From Felis catus (taxonomy: Eukaryota): a stretch of 64,000 nt of DNA. Shown piece after piece: positions 51,304-64,000 of this stretch. A model generated the notes under the pieces. The model did not search any database. It saw nothing but the letters and a program-made list of their open reading frames with translations, and was not told where the DNA came from. How positions within the stretch are numbered: position 1 is the stretch's first letter; every line of letters begins with the position of its first letter. The DNA is taken from contig NC_058383.1 in assembly GCF_018350175.1 (NCBI RefSeq), positions 23,562,001 through 23,626,000 on the forward strand, given 5' to 3'. Made by a program: the position numbers and the translations under genes.

Positions 51304-51924
51304 TTCAGTTATCACTACACAGGCCCTCCAGGATCTAATCTGAGACAGACTGCTAGTGCTAAAGGGGATCTTACAAATCACACAGTTGAACCTCACACAG
51401 ACAGAAGTCTCCTATGATAGCATCCCTAATAGCTATTTAAACACTGAGAGGGGCAAGGACTTGAATACTTGAGCTGTTAGGAAGGTGAGTGTCCCTTAAC
51501 TCTACCTCAACTTCTGAGACCTAGCTGTGCATGATTATACCAGAAACTACACTTACTCCTCTCTTTCCATATAAAACCCCATTACATTTGATCGTAATCT
51601 TCCCTTCCACCCCCTTCCTACTTGGTCTTCTCTTCTCCACGCTTAAAATTTCCATGTTTTGCCAATGTTCAATCAAGTCGTGCTCCAAGAGCTACTCTAA
51701 TGCTGTCTGTAGAAGCAGAAACTTAGGTGGATACAAAAGTGAGTTCATAATTCCTTTTTCCTTCTTTCTAAGGCTAAGCCTGGCTTCCAAAATATCAGAG
51801 GAGGAGGCAGGCCCATTCTGTACCCAGCACCTTCTTCTCCTATTCAATAGAATCCATACTGAATAAAAAACAGCTCTCTTTCTAAGTCTCTCGAGCAGAA
51901 GATGGTCTTAAAACCAAGATTTGA

Positions 51925-52660
51925 CAGTTCATACCCATTAGGATGGCTATTACCAAAAAAAAATAAGCAAATAACAAGTACTCGTGAAGATGCAGAGAAA
52001 CTGTAGCCCTTGTATACTGCTGCCAGGATGTAAAACGGGGCAGCTGCTGTGGACAATGGTATGACAATTCCTAAAAAAATTAAACAGGGTCCTACATTAT
52101 AATCCAGCAATTCCACTTCTGAGTATATACCCAGAAGCAAAAGCAACGACTCAAACAGTTATTTGTACACTCACGTTCACAATAGTATTCACAATAGCTA
52201 AAAGATGAAGACAACCCAAGTGTCCACTGACGAATGAATGTACATCCATACAATGGAATATTATTCAGCCTTCTAAAGGAAGGTGATTTTGATACATGCC
52301 ACAAGGATAAACCCTGAAGACATTATGTTTAGTGAAATAAGCCATTCATGAGAAGACAATTAATGCATAATTCCTCCTATTTCATGCTCCGAGAAGGGTC
52401 AAATTGCTAGAGACATGAAGTAGGATGATGGTTGCCAGGGGCCAGGGTGGTAGAGGGGGAGGAGTGGAAAATTAGTGTTTAATTACAGAGTTTCAGTGGG
52501 GACAACAGAAAGATTCTAGAGATGGATAGTGGTGATGGTTACACAATGTAGATGTATTTAACATCACTAACTGTCCTCTTAAAAATGATTAAAAGGGTTA
52601 ATTCTGTGTTATGTAGTTGACCACAATAATTTTTTTAATTGAAAAAAAAAAAAAACCCAA
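51925..52660 (+). mobile_element. L1MB-type 3' fragment
   Basis: cccattaggatggctatt...cagcaattccacttctgagtatatacccag...agagtttcagt...ctagagatggatagtggtgatggtt. Confidence 0.85.
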
Positions 52661-52689
52661 AAAATAAACTTTAAGAATGTCAGATTCCA

Positions 52690-54185
<1,496 letters not shown>

Positions 54186-55105
54186 TATATACTACTTTTA
54201 TATATGATTTACAGGATTAAAAGCAAAGTTAGTAAAATAAGAAAATACCTCCAGATATCATTTGGCGCTGAGTTTACAGATAACACCCCATAAAGAGTCA
54301 GCAAAGGAGAGGAGTAAAAGGTAGAAAGGAAACAGGATGAGACAGGAAGGGAAGGGAAGAAGAATGAGTAAGAGATTAAAAGGTTAATGTGAAGAATTTA
54401 TGTCAAACTAGGAAGGAGAGATGGAGACAGAGTAACAGAAAACATATTTATCAGTTAAAAAAGACGACAGCCCAACAGAATCCGATTACAGCACTAGCCA
54501 ATAATACTAAGCAGAAAAATCAAATAGGAAAAAAAAGCTGTTATTAAACTAAACAATGCGTGAGAAAAAAAATAACTTCAATATCATAGATTTTTAAGAG
54601 ACACTAGAGAAAAAAATGGTCCCTGCAATATCAGTTAATTTAGACCAAAAAAGTAGATTCATACTTCCATCAGTTTATATATTACATGATCATCTGGGTC
54701 TTATTATTTCTGAAGATCCTGAAAAACATTCAAAACCACAGTAACGCCTTTTAAAAAAAAGCTTGAGAGGAGTTAAATGGAGATCAGAGAGAACTCTCTG
54801 AACAGACAGAGGCTGTGGCTCAAACCAAGTCTCAAGGAAGCATCACGGTGGGGAACAGAATGCACTCCCTGCTCAGCCTTGGTTTTCTAGCTCTCAAATC
54901 CTACTGTCTCCAGGGCAGGGATTCTCCAGGTCCCTTTCCTGAAATGAAGCGGAGCTCAGAGATAGCACAGAACCACAAATAGCGAGCTGCTGCAGAAAGA
55001 AGGCGGAAAGCCTGGGAGAAGCGGCCACTTCTGGGCCTTCCCCCCTCAGCAGCTCCTGGGGCACTTCCTTCAGACCCTGGAACACAGTTTGAAAGGCACC
55101 GCTCT

Positions 55106-55312
55106 GGGGGGACCTGGGTGGCTCAGTTGGTTAAGCGTCCGACTTCAGCTCAGGTCATGATTTCATGGTTCGTGAATTCAAACCCCATAGTGGGCTCTCT
55201 GATGTCAGCACAGAGCCCACTTCAGATCCCCTGTCCTCCTCTCTGTCTGGCCCTCCCCCACCTGTGCTTTCTCTCTCAAAAATAAATAAACATTAAAAAA
55301 AATTTTTTTTTA
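55106..55312 (+). mobile_element. CanSINE
   Basis: Approximate TSD gaaaggcacc...tctggg. Confidence 0.88.
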
Positions 55313-56127
55313 ATGAAAAGCACCAGTCTGGGAAATGGCAGGGAAATCTGGTTTGTACTGCTACTTTCTGGAAATAAGCATATGGTACAGTATGTCACAC
55401 AGTGACTGGAAAGATGTGTGCAACCTGGTGCTCCTGGTAAGACCAGTTTTAGGAAAGAATTAAAATTGCAGAGTTCATATAACAGGCTCCCTCTCTCTCC
55501 ACTTTTCCCATTAAGGCCTTAGGAGAGTTTAAGCAGATCTAATAATGTCTTTACAGTAAACCTCCTGCCCCACAGAATGCTAAAAAACTAGGGAAGGGGG
55601 GGGGCATAGACATCAGATTGCTAAACATGATGCTATCCCTCAAACTGCTTACTGAGAAAGTGTTACCTCCTCCAAGACCATTATTTTTTAATCTTCTGGT
55701 GGAAAAATAGGCTACAGAAAGCAAATATGAGAAAAGAGACTGAACTTACTGAAAGAGCTTTACAAAACTTCACACAGGAGCCACCGTCAGAGGAGGAAGA
55801 GGGTACAGGCAGCACGGTGTGGGGGATGCAGTGTTGGTGTTGACTTGCCACAGGATCAAAAGTAAGTTGCAAAACAGTTTTTTGGCTCAAACTTTCCCGG
55901 TTATAAAATATCACGCTTCCCCTAGCCACCTTCTTGGGATGTAAGGACTCCTGACATTATAATCATAAAACTCTAGAGGTAGAGGTCATCTGACTTGTCT
56001 ACATTTAAAGGCATCAGAGACGGAAACACTGTCTATCCTCAAAGATCATGAGCAACAGAGGCTCCAAAAAAGATTAAAAGTGTAAAAAATAAAAGTAAAT
56101 AAAAATTTTTTAAAAAATCACCAAGCC

Positions 56128-56310
56128 CAGTGTTTCTCAACCAGGACCAACTCCACCCTCTAGGGGGCACTGCGAGTAGGTGGGAGAGTCTGGGGTCATC
56201 CCCATGACCCGGGAGTGCCGCTGGTTAGTGAATCAGGCCAGAAACGCTAGACTTCCAGATAGAAGTGGGTCAGTCCCACACGATAAAGAATTATCCCACT
56301 TAAAATACCA
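56128..56310. mobile_element. MER20-like hAT fragment
   Basis: cagtgtttctcaaccagg...ctagggggcac...cagtcccacacgataaagaattatccc. Confidence 0.6.
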
Positions 56311-56626
56311 AGACACTGACCTCACTCAGTACAAGGTTTCCAGCAAACATCAGGTATGGCTCTCTAATTTGTCTTTAATTTCTAAAGGTAGTGATGTCCA
56401 TGGGCGGTGGGGGGTTTGTGTTTATTAACCATCCTAGGTTCTCTGGCCACAATCTAAGTTCTCTCCAGATTTAGAATCTGTAGAGGAGGTGTGTCTCCTT
56501 ACAGGTATCTTCCTTATAATATAGACTCTGAAAACAGCTATCAGGTCTCTCCTTATTTAGCCTTTCCCTTTCTAACATAAAGGAGGTCTGGTAAGTATCT
56601 TCTTAGTCCAACAAGGCACCACAGTG

Positions 56627-57069
56627 CAGGGTGCCTCAGAGATACCACAGGTCCAGTTCCAGACCACCACGATAAAGCAAGTATCACAAGCAGGCCAATG
56701 AATTTTTTGGTTTCCCAGTGCATGTAAAAGTTGTTTACACTACGCCATGGCCTATAAAGTATGCAACAGCATTATATCTAAAAAAACAATGTACATACCT
56801 TAGTTAAAATATACTTTATTGTGAAAAAACAGCTAACCATCAACTGAGTTTTCAGCGAGTCGTAACCACTAATCAGAGATCACCAGAATACAGTAATGAA
56901 AAAGTTTGAATACTGGGAGAATTACCAAAATATGACACACAGATACAAAGTGAGCAAATGCTACTGGAAAAAATGGCGCTGATAGACATGCATGACACAG
57001 GGTTACCACAAAGTTCCAATTAAAAAAAAAAAGGCAATTATCTGTGAAGTGCAATGAGGGATGCCTGTA
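56627..57069. mobile_element. Tigger2a/MER28-like TcMar-Tigger element
   Basis: cctcagagata...ttccagaccaccacgataaagc...ttttttggtttcccagtgcat...aagtgagcaaatgctactggaaaaaatggcgctgatagac...tatctgtgaagtgcaat...atgcctgta. Confidence 0.8.
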
Positions 57070-58179
57070 GTTATTTAAGACACAGCAATTCATGGTAATA
57101 ATCTACCATGGATGGAAAGTACCAGCAGGCTCAAAATTAAGCTTTCTGGTGACAATAAGACACAGGACATGTTTTGAGAGAGTGGGAGGTGAGAGTTAAA
57201 CAAAACCAAACAAACAACAGAAGAGCTGCAGATAAGGGAATCCAAAGGAATTTATTAATTGCATTGCCTCTCTTTGACCAAACTGTGAAATTCCAAATCA
57301 AGGAATTTTAACCAGGGTCCCATGGGGCAGAGGTTGGGAGTAGGGGTGGGGGATGAAGGGGGGAGGTGGTTCAGAATTTGAAATCTCCCAAAACTGTATG
57401 TGAAATGTTGAATGAAAATACTATTTGAAGAGAAGATTCCTACCTTTCATCATTTTCAAAAGGTAAAGGACTTCATAAAGGATAAGAATCACTGCTACAA
57501 TGACTTGCCTGCTCTCCAAAATAAATAAAATGGTATAGAACAGAAATTCAGTGTAGTCAATTTTAGAAACAAAATGTCAGACCAAGTTGTATAAACTCAA
57601 CTACCAAGACAAAAATAACAACGGCCTGCTGAAGCAAACCTAAGGCAATTTCATATAAACAATGAAGAAAATCAAGAAAGAAATCTTGAGAAATGGCTCA
57701 TGGTGCCTAAAAACATATTTAAGGACCAGATGATAGACCAGGGATCCAGACAGTCAGGAGAAGCTGGCTCGAAACCTCAAGGGGGGAAAAAAAAGTGGGC
57801 CCAACCAGTGGCTTTAAGCAGTCCAATAAGGCTTTGTAAACACTAAACTCTACTGATTTTCTCCTTGGCATTCTAGATTCTTGGGCCTTGGGGATTTTTT
57901 AAAATTTGGCCAAGAAAAGACTGAAAAAAATCTGTACTCCTAAAGCTTTCTCCATGGATTTATATGAGAGAACCACACTAGAGATGGGCATTCCACAGCA
58001 AGTTTACAAAATTCTGGTGCGCCTAGACATTATGTTAAGAACAGATGTTGGGCCTTCACTCGAAATAAGCCATCACACATTGCTGGGTTGATTAAATCCC
58101 CCCCTCTCAAAAAAAAACTTGTTCCTGGGAAGTGTGCTAAAGCAAAGATTTTACTCTTCACCACATGTTAAGGGCTTAG

Positions 58180-58855
58180 TTCTTGCTACTCTCTACAGTA
58201 GGGGACTAGCAGCATCATGGGCATCACTTGGGAGCTTATTAAAAATGCAGAATCCTTGGGGCACTTGGGTGGCTCAGTCGGTTAAGCGTCCGACTTCAGC
58301 TCAGGTCATGATTCTTGCAGTCCGTGAGTTCAAGCCCCGCATCGGGCTCTGTGCTGACAGCTCAGAGCCTGGAGCCTGTTTCGGATTCTGTGTCTCCCTC
58401 TCTCTCTGACCCTCCCCCATTCATGCTCTGACTCTGTCTCAAAAATAAATAAATGTTAACAAAATTTTTTTTAAAAATGCAGAATCCTAGGTCCCTGACC
58501 TACCGATTTACAATCTGCATTTTCACCAGATCTCCGGGTTGTTTCTTGTGCACATCGAAGCTGGGAAGCACTGCTCCAAGTAACTCCCACCGTAGAAATA
58601 CAGACTAATGAGGCTATTTATCAAGTTATGGTGAATTTACTTTCTTAAGTTTTTTTATGTTTATTTATTTTTGAGAGAGAGACAGAGACAGAACATGAGT
58701 GGGGTGGGGCAGAGAGAGGAGACACAGAATCCGAAGCAGGCTCCAGGTTCTGAGCTGTCAGCACAGAGTCCGATGCGGGGCTTGAACCCACGAACAATTA
58801 GATCATGACCTCAGCCGAAGTCAGACGCTTAACCAACAGAGCCACCCAGATGTCT
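58180..58855. mobile_element. MER5A-like element split by a CanSINE (58258-58472 +), then a CanSINE (58648-58855 -)
   Basis: catcacttgggagcttattaaaaatgcagaatc...ctgcattttc...ggaagcactg; TSD aaaatgcagaatcc. Confidence 0.78.
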
Positions 58856-59042
58856 CAAGTTATGATGAATATAAAAGGCACAACTGCAGAAGGCTAAGAC
58901 ACTGGACCCACCCACTGCCAAGGATTCTGACGAGCACAAGTATTGTAGCTGAGGTGATCAATACCTTTAACAAAATAGCTTTTCTCTTTCATTTTCTTTT
59001 TTTAAACCTAAGGAGAGAGAAAAAATACACAAGACTCACTTA

Positions 59043-59234
<192 letters not shown>

Positions 59235-59701
59235 CTAAAAAAAAGAAGAACAAGTGAAAACACACAACTTAAGTGTCATCTAAGAAGTCCAAAAACAGAA
59301 GCCAGAAGACTAAATCAAATCCAGTATTTCTAAATGTTATAATCTCATGGCACTGGGAGGGTAATCATCATCTCTTACACTCAGATGACCTATAAAGTGT
59401 AAAATACTTCCACATACATAATTTCTCATCTAATTCTCATAATGTAGGGGGCGCAGGGGGAAGAGGTTTCTGAGTCATGCAGTTTAGTAGGTGACAGAGC
59501 CAGGCCACAGTCCTTGTATTCTGACCCCCTGCCCAATATTTCAGTCACTATATCCCCAGGACCCTGAGATCTAGGAAGGCACAGTTGGCCTCTCCTTCAC
59601 TGAAAATCAACATCAGAAGGCAGTAAGTAGCATTATTAACCTTGTTTTTAGATAAGGAAACAGTCACATAACGCAATGGTTTAATTCAAAACCAGCAAAC
59701 A

Positions 59702-59937
59702 GGGGCGCCTGGGTGGCGCAGTCGGTTAAGCGTCCGACTTCAGCCAGGTCACGATCTCGCGGTCCGTGAGTTCGAGCCCTGCGTCAGGCTCTGGGCTGAT
59801 GGCTCAGAGCCTGGAGCCTGTTTCCGATTCTGTGTCTCCCTCTCTCTCTGCCCCTCCCCCGTTCATGCTCTGTCTCTCTCTGTCCCAAAAATAAATAAAC
59901 GTTGAAAAACAAAACAAAACAAAACAAAAAAAAAAAA
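59702..59937 (+). mobile_element. Very young felid CanSINE
   Basis: CpGs largely intact, long A-rich tail, TSD cagcaaaca. Confidence 0.95.
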
Positions 59938-60692
59938 CAGCAAACAAATCAATGGCAGAGTAAAGCAGCAGAAATTACCACTCCAGTGACCAGATAAAGC
60001 TGCCTTTCTTCTTGTAGGCTATATAGAGGCCTTTAGAATTATTGAGGTGCGCTTTACCAGGTCATAGAACATTCTCACAGACCGGGGGCAATATGTGCTT
60101 GAGAAAGATCAAGAAGTTACTTAAGGTCACATCGTAATCGATGAGAAGACAAGGTAATAACATGCTGAGAACGAGACTTCTGGGAACAGGCTCTAACCTG
60201 AACGTACTTTTCAGAACAAAATTCAGGAGCTTCAACTGTGGATGAAATTTAACCTTCTATAATAAATGTTTTCCGTTTAGAGTTAGTGTACCAGGGAAGG
60301 GAGGGAAGTCAATCATAGGGTATGTCAGCTTTAGAGTCTGATCAAGTCCTGGCTCTGCCATTCGTGTGTAAGCTTGGACAAGTCACTTAATCTCTGGGCC
60401 TCTGTTCATTCATCTGTAGACTAGAGATGTCACTGGTGTCTATCTATCCTAGTATTGAGAGGATTAAATAAGGTAATGCAGGCAAATCCTCAATGTAGTA
60501 CCAGACACACAGAAGAATCCTATAATAATAGCAACGAGATTCCTCTAACATGGCCTGATAAATAAGAGTAAGCCCATTAATTACAATGATGAAACTGTAG
60601 GGTTGACCAGTTATTATTAATCCATTATCTGCTAAAAAAAACAATCAATCTTTCCCAATAAAGAGAGCCTTCGTCAAAAGTAATTTGCTTCC

Positions 60693-62281
60693 GGGGCACC
60701 TGGGTGGCTCAGTCGGTAATCGTCCGACTTTGGCTCAGGTCATGATCTCACAGTTCGTGAGTGTGAGTCCTGCGTCAGGCTCTGTGCTGACAGCTCAGAG
60801 CCTCAAGCCTGCTTTGGATTCTGTGTCTCCCCCTCTCTCTGCTCCTCCCCCACTCACACTCTGTCTCTCTCTCACAAATAAATAAACATTTAAAACAATT
60901 AAAAAAAAAAAAGTAATTTGCTTCCCCCTGACAAATATGACCATTTATCAACAGGCATCCTGTAACTGCTTACGCAATTGGTGGGCCAATTTTACAGTCA
61001 TCCTAAGCTTGCTAAATGTTAAAACAAATCTTGGGTAACATTCCTGACACTAACATTGAAAGGAACCAGTTATAATCCAATACAAGCAAGCAAATAGGCA
61101 CATTAAAAATTTAAAGATTAACTAATCTTTTTTTTACAAACCCTATATCCAAACTAGATACCAAATTTCCCATCTGTTGACTGATTTGTTAATTTACCTT
61201 TTTCTTTTTTTGAGGTTTATTTATTTATCTTGAGAAAGAGAGAGCACGCGCATCTGCCCAAGCAGTGGAGGGGCAGAGAAAGAGGGAAAGAGAGAATCCC
61301 AAGCAGGCTCCTGCTCTGTCAGCACAAAGCCCAGCGCAGGGCTCCATCTCACGAACCTAACGGTGAGATCATGACCCAAGTCACAATCAAGAATCAGATG
61401 CTCAATGACTGAGCCACCCAGGAGCCCCTGTGTTCATTTACCATTTAAACACTGTTACCAAAACTGCTTGGACTTGATAACTATTTTTACTTTTTCCACT
61501 CTGCATGATAAGCTTCTTATATTTACTGCCTATACTTTCTTCCTTGGTCTGAAAATGTTCTTGCTTAATCATTAATTCTTAATATTCACTGTGCCTGAAG
61601 TTATGCCCCAGTAGAGGTCATAAACCATTTTTTATTATACTCACAACCTCCTGGTACACATTCTGAACTCTGTGATACTGAGGCTACTCTGACTTTTATT
61701 TATTTTTTATTTTCTGAAATGACTAATCAAGATGAAAGCTATCACCTTAGTAATAGGCAATCAGGTGCATTCTATTAGTGCAGACAAGAAGTCATTCAAG
61801 TGAAACAGAGGAGCTAAGAATTCCTTGGCATCCACTTGTAAATGGACAACTAGAACAACAATGGACTCTGACTTCTAGAACGAAGTAAGACTTGGCATCA
61901 TTAACTGCAAATATTGCTTTCAAGTGCCAAGAGGAAAACTCCAGTTCTTAACAGCATTTCTCTCAATTCACTGACACATGTGGTTGAACCTTTACAGCTA
62001 TACAAGTGCTTCAGAAAAGAAACTGCTTTCTGAACAGAATGTGCTATGGAATGAGAAGGAGTAAAGCCCTTCTCTTTAAAGACAAAGATTGGAACATTAA
62101 AAAAATTTGTATAAGAGGGGGGTGGAAAGCCTGGGTGGCTCAGTCGTCTGACTTCAGCTCAGGTCATGATCTCGCAGTTCATGAATTCAAGCCCTGCATC
62201 AGGCTCTGTGCTGACAGCTCAGAGCCTGGAGCCTGCTTCCGATTCTGTGTCTCCCTCTCTCTCTGCCCCTCCCCTGCTCAC

Positions 62282-62347
<66 letters not shown>

Positions 62348-62560
62348 AGCATGCATCTCTCTCTTAAAAATAAATAAATATTAAAGAAAAAATTCTTAAG
62401 ATAAAGGTTGGGGGTGCCTGGGGGGCCCAGGGCGTTGAGTGTCTGACTCTAGATTTCAGTGCAAGCCTGCTTAGGGTTCTCTCCCTCTCTCTCTGCCCCT
62501 CCCCAGCTCACGGGCACATGCTCTCTCTCTCAAAATAAATTAATTAAAAATAAATAAATA
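60693..62560. mobile_element. CanSINEs (60693-60912 +, 61200-61428 -, 62124-62395 + with (TG)n 62284-62344, 62410-62560 +)
   Basis: Typical motifs. Confidence 0.85.
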
Positions 62561-62589
62561 TAAAAGTTGAAACCCATGCTCCTCCTGAC

Positions 62590-63092
62590 CATTTGCATGA
62601 TACAAATGCCAACTCCACAGCATTATTCAGAATCATCAAAAAGTGGAAACAAACCCAAACGTCCATCAACTGATGGATAAACAAGATATGACTGATCTAT
62701 ACAACAGAATATGGATTATTCAACCATAAAAAGCAATGAAGTCCTGATTCAGGTGACAACATGGATGAACTGTGAAAACATTATGCTAAGGGAAAGAAGC
62801 CAGTAACAAGTGGCCACAAATGATATGTTCACTTACATAAAATGTCCAGAATAGGCAGGTTCAGAGACAGAAAGTAGACCAGTTGCCAAGGGTTTGGGGG
62901 CAGGGGGCAGTGGGGAGTGTCTACCAATGGATACACAGTTTCTTTCTGGAGTGATGAAAACGTTCTAAAACTAGAGAGTGATGGTGGTTGCACGACTGTG
63001 TAAATATATTGTACTAAAAAACATTGACTATACACCTTAAATGGATGAATTTTATGGTATGTGAACTATACATATCTCAATAAAGGTTATTT
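62590..63092 (+). mobile_element. L1MB/MC-type 3' fragment
   Basis: acatggatgaactgtgaaaacattatgctaagggaaagaagccag...ttctggagtgatgaaaacgttctaaaac...ttttatggtatgtgaactata...tctcaataaag. Confidence 0.85.
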
Positions 63093-63760
63093 TAAACATA
63101 TATTTACATATCTAAATGTGGATAGCACTTTAATTAAAAGTGGTTTGAAAATTTAAGTGGCCAAACAAACCTCTCTAAAAACTGAAAATTTTAAATGCAA
63201 ATCTGATCACATCACAACCCTGCTACACAGAAGTCTGAAGCTAATATCCAAAATGTTCAATATGGCTTACCAGGCCCTACACGATTTGTCCAGTCTGTAT
63301 CCACAGTCACCTCGTGACACTGCCTGCCCACCCATAACACCTGGCCATTCACTATGTCCTAACACTGCACCCCTCTCTTTTTCTGGAAGGCTCCTTTCCT
63401 CTGGATATCTCACATGGTGTTTGCTCCATCCCCTACATTTCCATCACCCCAACCCACTCTCTGTTTACCTGGTCAATTCAACCTAATACTAAAATATTTC
63501 TCCAAGTATGTTTGCCTTGAATTTGCAGACTAGGCTGGGTTCCCCCCATCCAAATACCTCTCTCCTACATCTCATATGTCTCCTTGGTAACATTTATGAA
63601 CATTGAACTAATAACTGTACATAATTGTATGTTCAGTGTATATCTTCCCAGAAAGAGATTTCATAAAGTGAGGGACAATGACGGACTTCAGTGCCTAATA
63701 CGGATACAGTGAACAATAAATGTTTGTCAAATGAACTACTGTTAAAATCACAGGCAGCCT

Positions 63761-63939
63761 TGGGGCATCTGGGTGGCTCAGTTAGTTGAGTTGCCGACTC
63801 TTGATTTTGGTTCAGGTCATGATTCCAGGGTCTTGGGATCGATCCCCGCATCAGGCTCCATGGTGAGTGTTGAGCATGGAGCCTGTTTAGGATTCTCTGT
63901 TTCTATCCCCTCTGCCCCTCCCATGCTCGCTCGCTCTCT

Positions 63940-63976
<37 letters not shown>

Positions 63977-63985
63977 GTTTAAAAA
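63761..63985 (+). mobile_element. CanSINE with long poly-A tail
   Basis: Typical motifs. Confidence 0.88.
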
Positions 63986-64000
63986 ATAAAAAGAAATAAA

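Noticed and set aside
50942..51396. 133-aa and 111-aa low-complexity ORFs
   Set aside because: Translations of a SINE plus a purine microsatellite

Overview
Mammalian genomic DNA, almost certainly felid (cat-type CanSINEs throughout, roughly 55-60 copies, plus carnivore L1 3' ends). The window is the METTL9-IGSF6-OTOA locus. METTL9 (- strand) has coding exons 2-5 here (59234->23853) and exon 1 lies beyond the right edge. IGSF6 (+ strand, 26003->~35700) is nested antisense inside the last METTL9 intron. The 5' part of OTOA (- strand) runs from a CpG-island promoter and putative non-coding exon 1 at ~16.3 kb through coding exons 2-7 (7138->817) and continues off the left edge. All exon calls were made by translating by hand and checking splice sites and phases against the human proteins as I remember them. 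Most notable observations: (1) the 3' end of IGSF6 looks disabled, with a GT->TT exon 5 donor and a last exon carrying a premature stop, a frameshift and a lost native stop, which implies a remodelled cytoplasmic tail; (2) a tailless retrocopy of the 5' exon/half of tRNA-Ile(TAT) sits in a SINE tail with a clean target-site duplication; (3) a 733-bp block of three SINEs plus an 80-bp non-SINE spacer is bracketed by one target-site duplication, which suggests SINE-mediated transduction. Nearly all ORFs in the supplied track are repeat-derived or spurious. Repeat subfamily names come from recalled consensus motifs and their boundaries are approximate.
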